Source of the DNA: an uncultured delta proteobacterium
GTDB lineage: Bacteria > Desulfobacterota > Binatia > UBA9968
Length of the DNA stretch: 64,000 bases
Assembly: GCA_963811315.1 (NCBI GenBank)
Contig: CAWERH010000042.1
Coordinates: 53,247-117,246, forward strand
Direction: 5' to 3'
Shown: piece after piece, positions 30,865 through 40,096 of the stretch
How positions within the stretch are numbered: position 1 is the first letter of the stretch
Layout: every line of letters starts with the position of its first letter
Program-made: the position numbers and the translations under genes
The notes under the pieces: generated by a model
Told to the model about the DNA's origin: nothing
The model's database searches: none
What the model saw: only the letters and a program-made list of their open reading frames with translations

Positions 30865-32097
30865 TTGCACGATTTAAAATTCACGGATTTCCAGAGCGTA
30901 ATTCTATGTTCGATGCGAAAAATAACCGAACCAAGAACCAAGGATCAGAACCCGAATCTCGTGAAACTACGCAACGATCAAGCCGTGTTGTTCTATTCCG
31001 CCAGCGAGGGCGACGCGAATATGCTCTATGCGGTGGGATTTTTTGTTCCCGATCCGTTTATTTTTTTTCAACATAAGAACACCAGTTTCGCGGTCATGAG
31101 CGATTTGGAGGTCGATCGGGCCAAGAAACAGGCCCATGTCGATCGAGTTCTGTCGCTATCGTTGTATCAGAAAAAATTACGCAAACTCGGCAAGACGCCG
31201 GCAGGCATCATCGACATACTCGATCTGATCTTTCGCGAGCGAGGCATTCGCTCACTCATCGTGCCGGCGAATTTTTCCGCGTTGCTCTTGGATCAGCTCC
31301 GTGCCAAAGGCTACAGCGTGCAAATCAAGCGCGACCCTTTCTGGCCGCAGCGCGAGACCAAAAATCGTCGCGAAGTGAAGCAGATCGCCGAGTCCCTGAG
31401 AGTCGCCCGGCTCGGGCTCGAAGCCGGCATTCGCATGCTCAAACGCACTCAGGCCAAGCGTGACGGCTATCTCTATTTGAACGGAACACGCCTGACTTCG
31501 GAAATGCTCAAGACCGCCGTCAACACGACGATCATGGCGCAGGGTTGGCTGCCCAGCCACACGATCATTTCATCCGGCAATCAGTGCGTCGATCCGCATC
31601 ACGAAGGCAGCGGACCGGTCAAAGCCAATACTTCGATCATCTTCGATATTTTTCCGCGCTCGCAGCACAACGGCTATTTCGGCGACTTGAGCCGCACTGT
31701 CGTGCGCGGGCGTGCGTCGGACAAACTCAAAGAGATCTATGCGACCGTGCAAGCGGGGCAACAGATCGGCTACGATCAGATTCGCGACGGCGTGAACGGC
31801 AAAGAGGTTCATCAAAATATTTTGAAGCTCTTCGAAGCGCGTGGCTTCCCGACGGGAAGAATCAACGGCCGGATGCAGGGTTTTTTTCACGGCACGGGAC
31901 ATGGATTGGGTTTGGATATCCATGAGCCGCCGCGCATCGCGCCGGTTGACGCCACGCTGCGCACCGGCCACGTCGTTACGGTCGAGCCTGGGCTTTACTA
32001 CCTCGGCGTCGGCGGCGTGCGTCTGGAAGACGTGGTCGTGGTAACCGCAAAAGGAAACCGCAACTTGACCGACTGTCCGCAATTTCTGGAAATTTAA
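30865..32097 (+). CDS. M24-family Xaa-Pro peptidase
   Basis: HGTGHGLGLDIHEPP, VEPGLYY and GGVRLEDVVVVT metal-ligand motifs. The start is uncertain; Met at 30913 is possible. Confidence 0.8.
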   Translation: MHDLKFTDFQSVILCSMRKITEPRTKDQNPNLVKLRNDQAVLFYSASEGDANMLYAVGFFVPDPFIFFQHKNTSFAVMSDLEVDRAKKQAHVDRVLSLSLYQKKLRKLGKTPAGIIDILDLIFRERGIRSLIVPANFSALLLDQLRAKGYSVQIKRDPFWPQRETKNRREVKQIAESLRVARLGLEAGIRMLKRTQAKRDGYLYLNGTRLTSEMLKTAVNTTIMAQGWLPSHTIISSGNQCVDPHHEGSGPVKANTSIIFDIFPRSQHNGYFGDLSRTVVRGRASDKLKEIYATVQAGQQIGYDQIRDGVNGKEVHQNILKLFEARGFPTGRINGRMQGFFHGTGHGLGLDIHEPPRIAPVDATLRTGHVVTVEPGLYYLGVGGVRLEDVVVVTAKGNRNLTDCPQFLEI

Positions 32098-32124
32098 TCC
32101 TGCGTCTGACCCCGCGAATTCTGG

Positions 32125-32865
32125 ATGGATATCCACGACGGCCAAATCACCGCGCTCATTGCAAGTCTAGATCACCATGATAAGCCGACCATCCGCGCCG
32201 CTGTCGATGCCCTAATCCCCCTCGCAACAGAATCTCTTGAGCTTCGTGAAATCTTAGATCGCCGCCTGACCGCGAGCGGATATAAAAATTACTGGCCGGT
32301 CGCTTACATTTTGGGTCATCTAAGCCAACCCTCCGGCGCGTGCATCGCCAATCTGCTCGATACCCTCGATCACCGCGAGCCCGACATTCGCTGGGCGATG
32401 GCGCTATTGCTCCAGCGCATCGCCAAAGACGAGGGCAGCGTCATCAAACTGCTCATCGAACTTTGCTCGACCGGAACGGCCAACCAGAAACGCATGGCGC
32501 TCTACTGCATCCGCGATCTGGCGTTGTCCGACTCAGTGACTTTGTCGACATTGCTACTGGCTTTAAGAGACGAGGATCCGACGGTGCGAGTCGCGGCGGC
32601 AATCTGCCTCAAACTACGGGCGGACCTGGACGACTCCGGCAAAAAACTTTTGTTGGAAGTTTACACGAGCGATGCGGATCCGAAGGTACGCCACACCGTG
32701 GCGATCGCTCTCGCAAATTTGGGATCGGCGTCGGAAGAATTCTTGGCCGTCTTGAACAAAAACAGCGAGAGCGAAGATAACCAAACTAAAAAAGCGGCTA
32801 TCACCGCGCTCGCCCTGCTCGAAAAAAGAAGGTCCGCTTCAAGCGGCAGCCAAAGCAACCGTTGA
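32125..32865 (+). CDS. HEAT-repeat protein
   Basis: Repeated D-P-x-V-R helical units (EPDIRWAMALLL, DPTVRVAAAICL, DPKVRHTVAIALANLG). Confidence 0.7.
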   Translation: MDIHDGQITALIASLDHHDKPTIRAAVDALIPLATESLELREILDRRLTASGYKNYWPVAYILGHLSQPSGACIANLLDTLDHREPDIRWAMALLLQRIAKDEGSVIKLLIELCSTGTANQKRMALYCIRDLALSDSVTLSTLLLALRDEDPTVRVAAAICLKLRADLDDSGKKLLLEVYTSDADPKVRHTVAIALANLGSASEEFLAVLNKNSESEDNQTKKAAITALALLEKRRSASSGSQSNR

Positions 32866-33130
32866 AGCGGACCTATTAGGTGGACTGAGGGGGATTCCCA
32901 GGCTCCAGGCCCGAATCCCCGTCAAAGAATCCGCCTAGAGCCTAAGTCTCAGCCACCTCGCAGACAGTACATTTATCAATCATGTCTGGACCACCTCCTT
33001 TCCCTGCTGAAAGCAGTTTACGAAAGTGGTTTTTCTCTGTCAATAACAATGTGGATTTTTGATTGCGATTTTTTTAGGTGGCTTGATTCGACTTTCCAAT
33101 GCATCTGCCTTCGACTTAGATTCCGGATCA

Positions 33131-34124
33131 TTACTCCCCGTAAAGTTTCTTGATGAAGCCGTTCTGTTCAAGCTCTTTCAGGTAACTCACGTCGATAAAG
33201 TTTTCGGGAGTGAGGCTTTTGGCCTTCGGGAGTGCGCGCTCCAATCTCGTCTAACACCATCTGGATGCCTTTGAGCGTCGGATAAGGAACCTTGGGCATG
33301 ACTTTCACCGCATAGTGTTGATAGGTTTCCTCCAGCGCTTCTATATCCGCGATACGGGTATATTTGCCGATCACCCGGATCGAGAAATTCTTGTCGGTCT
33401 TGAAGCGGTGCAGTGCTTCGACATAAGCGCGCAGATAACGCCGCACGGTATCCGGTGCTTCCCGCATATAACTCCGGGAAGTCACTACACCCGCGCCCTG
33501 GTAGTCGACGCCGATGGTGCTCAAGTCTGCGAGCAAGCTGTAACCGAACTTGGCCGCTTGCAAGTGTAATGGGGACGAGAGCATGCCGCCGTCGACGCCC
33601 CGCGATGCCAAGCCCGCGAGGATCTCCGGCGATCCGCCCATTTGAATCAACGCCACGTCGCGATCCGGTTGAAGATTCCATTGGCCCAAAACGTAACGCA
33701 GTAAAAAATCATCGGACGTGCCGAAGCGAGTAATGCCGATCTTCTTGCCTTTGAGATCTTCGCGCCGCTTGATCTCCGGCCGCACCATAATTTTTTGCCC
33801 CGGCTTGTGATTGGGTCCAGCGAGCATCACCAGATCTGCGCCGGCGAGATTTGCCTGGATCACTGCAGGAATTGCGATTTCTGAGATTGGAATGTCTTTA
33901 GCGAGCATCGCTTGCACGACCCGCGAGCTGCCGGCTACGTATATCAACTCGACTTCCAGACCGTGCTTCTCGAACAACTTGGCTTCCTTGGCGACCCAGA
34001 GTACCGCCATTGAACCGACTGTTGTTGGATAAGCGACTTTAATTTTCGTGTTCTGTGCCGGCAAAGCCTTTGGCAGCATCCATAGGCACAGCATCAAAAC
34101 AATTATTTCAATCCGGTTTTTCAT
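33131..34124 (-). CDS. NitT/TauT-family (NMT1-like) solute-binding protein, one frame break near the 3' end
   Basis: Signal peptide MKNRIEIIVLMLCLWMLPKALPAQ. After ..LDEIGAR the tail PKAKSLTPENFIDVSYLKELEQNGFIKKLYGE is one frame over, with the switch near 33235. Confidence 0.75.
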
Positions 34125-34161
34125 GAGCTCAGGACTCGTCCCTCAGGACTCAGCACCATTC

Positions 34162-35239
34162 TTATGGGTGCACATCTTCTAAAAACCAATCCGTCGGTAT
34201 CTCTCTCCCCACCCTCGCCTCGCGCGCCCGCGCCAGCACTTCGCTGCCCACGGCCGCGAACTGCAAACCGAGACCGACATTGTTACAGAAGCAGCTGATG
34301 GTATCTTCTTTGGTCCTTCCCGGGTGTTGTCCATTGACCAATTCCGAGAGCGTGGGGAAATCCCAGATAGCTTCTTCTTTCCGCGTGATCGGATGCTGCC
34401 AACCCTCGGCTACGTCGGGAATCGATTGCCGGTCGACGCCGATGGCGATTTGAAACGGTTTGGCTTCGCGCCAGTGAATGATGAGGGGATCGGCGCGCTG
34501 GTATGTCATAGCGTCCAGTTCGCACGGCTTGACGCAAGACACGTGCATACCCGGTCGCAGAATACTCTCCGTCAAACAAAGCGGAAATTGAATTGGTCGT
34601 GCAGACCACCATATCCGCGCCGTCGATGGCCTCTGCGGCGCTGCCGGTCTCGATGAGCGGAGCGGAAACTTTTCCTGACCACTCGTCGACAAAGCGTCGC
34701 CGCGACTCCGGCGTCGGACTAAAAACCTTCACTTGTGTCAAGTCGCGAATCATCGATAGCGTCACCAGATGCGCGCTGGCTTGCCAGCCGGCTCCGAGCA
34801 GCGCCATCACTTTAGAATCCTTGCGCGCCAAATAGCGCGCCGCAATTGCGCTGGCGCCGGCGACGCGCAGCTTTTGCACGTAACCGTCCGGGAAAATCGC
34901 CAGCGGCTCGCCGGTCTCGGTGCTGAACAGCATCACCAACCCAACAAACTTATCGCCGCCGGCCACCGGCAACTTGTCTTTGCGCAGGCCGCCCGCTTTT
35001 TCGTACCATTTGACGACGCTCGAATTGAGCCTGAGCGCGGCGATGTTGCGACTGGGGAACACCCCGCTCATGGTTTTGTATTCGTAGAATTCGTTCGGCT
35101 TGGTCGGACTGAAAACATCATAGCGCGGCACCGTCGCCGCCATGCCGTTGCCGAGATCACGATAGGCTTCTTCGAGCACGTCGAGACAGGCGCCGACGGG
35201 AAGAATCTTTTCGATGTCCTCGTTCGACAATATCAGCAT
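34162..35239 (-). CDS. ornithine cyclodeaminase/mu-crystallin family protein (paralogue 1), one frame break
   Basis: aggagg SD and ATG at 35239. MLILSNEDIEKILP..ALLGAGWQASAHL..MVVCTTNS, then a switch near 34567 to ILRPGMHVSCVKP..GREIPTDWFLEDVHP. Confidence 0.75.
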
Positions 35240-35471
35240 GCAATACCTCCTGAGCTCGGGCCGCGATTGGAGCCAGTCATATGGCCACCGGTCGCCTTTT
35301 TCAAGCGAATGAATCACACATGGATTGACAGGCGCAGTAGCCATGGTCTTACATCGGATCTGCGAGCAGCGCCGACTTATAGCTGTTTCTGCTGCTTCAC
35401 GCTATTCTACGAACTCCGCCGTCGTGATCCAGCGGCTTTTGCGCGAATGAATGATGTAAACAACGTGAGAG

Positions 35472-36749
35472 ATGGCAGCCAAAACATCCAAGTTCTATTA
35501 CGGCTGGTATATCGTCGGTGTCGGCATCCTGGTCAACATCGCCGGGACATTCGCTTTTTCCAGCACGTTAAGCATTTTTCTCAAGCCGATCACTGAAGAG
35601 TTGGGCGTTTCGCGCGGCGCATTTTCGTTGATTCGCACTTTCGAGATCGGCGTTGCGGCGATGATCGTTCCGCTGCTCGGTCCGTGGATCGATCGGCACG
35701 GCGGACGCGGCGTGCTCGTCCTCGGCGTTCTCATGGAAGGCGCGGGTTTGATGCTTTCCAGCCTGGTGCAAAGTTTCTGGCAGTTTGTGCTGGTCCGCTG
35801 CTCGTTAGTAATTGCCGGCGAAGCGTTACTGGGCTCCTTGGTCATCAACGTCACGATCGCGCAATGGTTCGTGCGCAAGCGCGGCCGGGCGATGGGCATC
35901 GCCAATTTGGGAACGGGCATTGCCAAGCTCAGTATCCCGTTGGTGGCGGCGTCTTTGTTTGTCCTCATCGGCTGGCGCAACACCTGGGCCGTATTTGGCA
36001 TCATTGCGCCGCTCTTAGTCGTGGTGCCGGCACTGATCTTCGTTCGCCGCAGACCCGAAGACATCGGACTTCGCCCGGATGGCGAGCCGCCATCGCAAAC
36101 AATCGACGAACTATCAGCGGCGGACAAGGCGTCGATCGCCCTCGCAACGGCAAAGCTCGGCAGCCGAGCCACATGGACTCGAGCGCAAGTTCTCAGATTG
36201 CCGACCTTCTGGCTGCTCGTGGTTACCTTCGGCATCGCCAGCGTCGGCATCGCCGGTCTCAATCTGCATATTTATTCTTACGTCACCGACATCGGCTACT
36301 CACCGCTGATCGCCGCGTCTTTCATGAGCACGATTGCGCTCACCCAACTCGGTTCCACGCTCGTGTGGGGAGTGCTCGCCGACAAATTCGATATTAGAAG
36401 AGTTTCGTGCGTGCAGTTTCTAATTCAGGGAGTGGGATTGATCACCGCGATATCGAGCAGTCAAATTCATGTCACTTACCTGGGTTTCTTTTTCTACGGC
36501 ACCGGCTTGGCCGGGAGCTTTGTGCTGCGCGAAGTGATCTGGGCCAATTTCTTCGGCCGGGCGTCGCTCGGCACGGTACGCGGTTTATCGCTTTTCTTTT
36601 CCCATTTATTCGCCGCCAGCGGCGCGCCGTTCTTTGGCTTTCTCCACGACCGCACCGGTAACTACAATCTATCGTTTACGATTTTTTCCTGCGCGCTGTT
36701 CACATCGTCGGTTCTGATCTTGCTGGCCAAACCGCCAAAAAGAATTTAG
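35472..36749 (+). CDS. MFS transporter (oxalate/formate antiporter-like)
   Basis: 425-aa intact ORF with 12 TM-like segments and an N-terminal KFYYGWYIV. Confidence 0.8.
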   Translation: MAAKTSKFYYGWYIVGVGILVNIAGTFAFSSTLSIFLKPITEELGVSRGAFSLIRTFEIGVAAMIVPLLGPWIDRHGGRGVLVLGVLMEGAGLMLSSLVQSFWQFVLVRCSLVIAGEALLGSLVINVTIAQWFVRKRGRAMGIANLGTGIAKLSIPLVAASLFVLIGWRNTWAVFGIIAPLLVVVPALIFVRRRPEDIGLRPDGEPPSQTIDELSAADKASIALATAKLGSRATWTRAQVLRLPTFWLLVVTFGIASVGIAGLNLHIYSYVTDIGYSPLIAASFMSTIALTQLGSTLVWGVLADKFDIRRVSCVQFLIQGVGLITAISSSQIHVTYLGFFFYGTGLAGSFVLREVIWANFFGRASLGTVRGLSLFFSHLFAASGAPFFGFLHDRTGNYNLSFTIFSCALFTSSVLILLAKPPKRI

Positions 36750-36792
36750 GGTTAGCGTGCCTGGCTTCCGCGAACGATTACTGGAAGCGGCT

Positions 36793-37743
36793 CTACTCTA
36801 TCGCCACAAACAATTCTTCCGGTGTCAATCGGCGCTTGGTCAAACCCTGCTCATGGCTGTAGAGCGCGAAGCGCTCGATGTTCTTGCGGTTCGCTGCGAG
36901 ACCATTTTTCCATGGATCGAAGCTGCACAGCGTATTTTGCCGCTCCAACTCGCGCCGGCCCCACATCATGATCGACCAATTGGGATCGACCCAGCGCTGC
37001 ACGGCGCGCTCGCGGGCCTGTTCGAAAATATCGTACAGCGCGCGCGGCAACTCGGGATAGCGCTTAGCTAATTCTTTCTTGAACGCCAGCACATGCATGA
37101 TCGGGAAATAGCCTTCTTCACGCAGATAGCGTTCTTCTTCGGCCTGGGGATTTTCGAAGAGTCGCGCAATATTGGCGTGACCGTCGCGAAACGGCTTAGG
37201 CAGACGCGATACGAACAGCGCTTGAATTTTCCCCTCGACAAATTCCCGCTCGATCTCGGCCATGCTGTCGCGAGTTTCGAGTCTTAAATCCGCCGGTAAT
37301 TCCACATCGACGACTTCTTTTCCCGGCGTCACCCAGGTTACCGTCGAGCGTTCGACACCGTAGAAATGAGTCAGGTCGCCTTTAGCGCGCACGCCGAGCG
37401 TATTCTGATAGGCGCTCAACCCGATCCGCTTGCCCGATAAATCTTTCGGCGTGCGGATGCCGCAGTTAACGTTTTTATACATTTGCGACTGGCTGAACAG
37501 GCGGCGTGGAAAGATCGGCACCGCGTGGACGGGCAGACCCTGATCGATGGCGATCAAGTAAGATGAGAAAGATAGTTCTGCAGCGTCGAATTCGAAGTGC
37601 TGCAGAAACCTCTCATGGCGGCCCTGCTGCGGGTCGAGCTCGATATATTCGATGTCTACGTCGGGATGGTGGATACCACCTTCGAGCAGCGGCGCATGAC
37701 GATCGTAAGAACCCAATGCGAGGGTGATCTTTGCTTTGGCCAT
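36793..37743 (-). CDS. 4,5-dihydroxyphthalate decarboxylase-like protein (PhtD family, SBP-like fold)
   Basis: N-terminus MAKAKITLALGSYDRHAPLLEGGIHHPDVDIEYIEL..ERFLQHFEFDAAELSFSSY resembles the PhtD family. The ORF is intact. Confidence 0.6.
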   Translation of the reverse strand: MAKAKITLALGSYDRHAPLLEGGIHHPDVDIEYIELDPQQGRHERFLQHFEFDAAELSFSSYLIAIDQGLPVHAVPIFPRRLFSQSQMYKNVNCGIRTPKDLSGKRIGLSAYQNTLGVRAKGDLTHFYGVERSTVTWVTPGKEVVDVELPADLRLETRDSMAEIEREFVEGKIQALFVSRLPKPFRDGHANIARLFENPQAEEERYLREEGYFPIMHVLAFKKELAKRYPELPRALYDIFEQARERAVQRWVDPNWSIMMWGRRELERQNTLCSFDPWKNGLAANRKNIERFALYSHEQGLTKRRLTPEELFVAIE

Positions 37744-37821
37744 AGTCGCTCAGACTTAGCGAACCCTATGATGCTCGTCAATGCTCGAGAATTCACTTGT
37801 AAGAAAACCCATGGCGTGATT

Positions 37822-38769
37822 ATGTTCCGGCGCAAGATGAAAATTGTTCTGCTCTACGCGATTTTCCTCGTGCCGATGCTTTCGTCTTCGGCCCCCGCTC
37901 AGCCGGCCAAGATTCATATTTCCGCTCCGTCCAAATCGTTATCCTGGTTTCCCATCCACCTCAGCCGGGAAAAGGGATTTTATCGCGCTGAAGGTCTGGA
38001 CGTTGATTACGTCATCATGAAACCACAAGTCGCCATGCAAGCGCTGATCGCCGGCGACGTCGGCTACACGACTGCGCTCGGCTCGACGATCCGCGCCGCC
38101 CTGCGCAACGTGCCCATCCGTGTCGTCATGACGATCGCCGACAAGCCGTTGTTCGCGCTCATCGCAAAACCGGGCATCCGTTCCGTAGAAGAGCTTAAGG
38201 GCAAGGTGCTGGGCATCTCGTCCTTCGGCGCGAGCACGGACACCTACGCGCGAGCGCTGCTGCGGCAATACAAGCTGACGCCGAACCAAGATGTGAAGAT
38301 CATCGCGCTGGGTGGTGGAACCAACCGTATTGCGGCGATGGAAAGCGGCGCCATCGATGCCGCGCTGATCGAGGCGCCGTACAATGTCATGCTGGAACGT
38401 AGAGGCTTTCGCAAAATTCTTTTTGTCGGCGACGTGATTCCCTCACCGTTGGCCGGACTTGGGACAAAGCTAGAAAAGATCCAGAAACAGCCGGATGAAA
38501 TCCAGCGCTTGGTGCGCGCGACATTGCGCGGCATCCGCTATGCCAAAGACAACAAACCGGAGGCCATCCGATCGATCATGAAGTGGTCGGAAATGGATCA
38601 AGAGCTCGCCGAAGGCAGCTACGAGATGGCGGCGTCGAGCTGGTCGATTACCGGCGCCGCTACCTCGAAGGGAATTCAAATCGCGATGGAAGAGATTCGT
38701 GCGGAGCTAAAGCTCGATACGGCTCCCGACCCGGCGAGAGCTTTCGATTGGAGCTTTGTACAAAAATAG
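37822..38769 (+). CDS. NitT/TauT-family (NMT1-like) solute-binding protein
   Basis: Signal peptide MFRRKMKIVLLYAIFLVPMLSSSAPAQP. The ORF is intact. An alternative start lies at 37837. Confidence 0.8.
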   Translation: MFRRKMKIVLLYAIFLVPMLSSSAPAQPAKIHISAPSKSLSWFPIHLSREKGFYRAEGLDVDYVIMKPQVAMQALIAGDVGYTTALGSTIRAALRNVPIRVVMTIADKPLFALIAKPGIRSVEELKGKVLGISSFGASTDTYARALLRQYKLTPNQDVKIIALGGGTNRIAAMESGAIDAALIEAPYNVMLERRGFRKILFVGDVIPSPLAGLGTKLEKIQKQPDEIQRLVRATLRGIRYAKDNKPEAIRSIMKWSEMDQELAEGSYEMAASSWSITGAATSKGIQIAMEEIRAELKLDTAPDPARAFDWSFVQK

Positions 38770-38794
38770 AGAGATGCACCGAATGAAAAAGCGA

Positions 38795-39385
38795 TCAAGA
38801 CTCCCGCTGCTTCATCATTGCCAGTAATTCTTTGACCGACGAGCGCGCGATCACCCGTTCGAACTGAGCGCGATAATTGTTCACGACACTGACGTTCTCG
38901 ATCACCATATCGTAAACTTTCCACTGCCCATTGCTGACCAGCATGCGGTAGTCGATCGGGAACTCGCCACTGCTGCTGACAATCTTGGTTTGGACGTTCG
39001 CGAGGTTGCCATCGACAACTTCACTCGTGAACTCAACCTTCTCGTCGCCCGAGGCGCGCACGGTTCTGCCATACGCCACGAGGAGCTTCTGGGTGAGCGC
39101 GTTGACAAACTCGCGTTGCTGGCTTTCGTCCAACGCCTGCCAATGGCGGCCGAGCGATCGCTTGGTTAACTCCGAGAAATCGAACCGGTCGTACACCAGT
39201 TTAAGCGCCCTTTCCGGCAGGCCTTTTGCCCGTAACTCGGCGACTGGAGTGTTTACCAGAATGGTGACGAGCTCATTAACTGTGGCGCTCAGCTGCGCGG
39301 TGGGCTCGCCGGCATATGCGCGAGCGGCCGGCAAAAGCGCTAAAACAAATAAAGAAATAGCTGCTAAACGATTGAAAAATATCAT
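38795..39385 (-). CDS. mlaC: MlaC/Ttg2D-family phospholipid-binding periplasmic protein
   Basis: gggaga SD, signal peptide MIFFNRLAAISLFVLALLPAARAYA, and VYDMVIENVSVVNNYRAQFERVI. Confidence 0.75.
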   Translation of the reverse strand: MIFFNRLAAISLFVLALLPAARAYAGEPTAQLSATVNELVTILVNTPVAELRAKGLPERALKLVYDRFDFSELTKRSLGRHWQALDESQQREFVNALTQKLLVAYGRTVRASGDEKVEFTSEVVDGNLANVQTKIVSSSGEFPIDYRMLVSNGQWKVYDMVIENVSVVNNYRAQFERVIARSSVKELLAMMKQRES

Positions 39386-39514
39386 AGTTTCTCCCACTGG
39401 CTCGATAATCGTTGATATATTAACTGTTCTGTTGGACGCAAGCAAACTCACAATAAGAATTTGTCGCGACAATCTTCCAGGCGATGCTTGAGACCCCTCA
39501 CAGGTTTCCCTAGT

Positions 39515-39990
39515 ATGGCCGATGAAGCAGGAGGCGTGATCAACTTGCACTATTTCGCTTACGGCTCGAATATGAATTGGCAGCAGATGCAGCGCCGTTG
39601 CCCATCGTCGCGATTTGTTTGCGTCGCTCGCCTGCCGGATTATCAATTCGGCATCACCCGCCATTCGCGGTTGCGCAACTGCGGCACTGCTAACGTATTC
39701 CCGGCCACGGGCAAGAAGTTTGGGGGATCGTTTATGAGGTAACCGACGCCGAGTTGGCGCTCCTGGACAGCTTTCGAAGACGGTTACCGCCGTGAGGTGA
39801 TCTCGTTATTGCCGGCCGAAGATCACCGACCGCCATTGCAAGCGCTCGTATACGTCGCTGAGATCGAGCCAACGTGCCACGCCCCAATGCGGAATATCGC
39901 CGGCTCATGATCGAAGGCGCCAAGCACTGGCAACTGCCGGCGACCTATCAAACACTTCTCGAAGCTTTACAGGTCGCCGACGAAAGTTAG
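39515..39990 (+). pseudogene. gamma-glutamylcyclotransferase (AIG2-like) family, 2 frame switches
   Basis: HYFAYGSNMNWQQMQRRCP.. then VWGIVYEVTDAELALLDSFEDGYRREV.. then NAEYRRLMIEGAKHWQLPATYQTLLEALQVADES in three frames, with switches near 39715 and 39880. Confidence 0.65.
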
Positions 39991-40096
39991 ACGGCGTAAG
40001 CGTCGCTCTCGCAATCACCGCCGGTTTCTGAACTTTTATAGACAAGCGCCGACTCGTCCGATAAGATCGCTTGAACGAATTCTCAGCGATCACGTC

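Noticed and set aside
32971-32990. ggaccacctcctttcc, resembling the 3' end of 16S rRNA
   Set aside because: No flanking rRNA-like sequence is present. Its complement is simply a strong Shine-Dalgarno for the mini-ORF.
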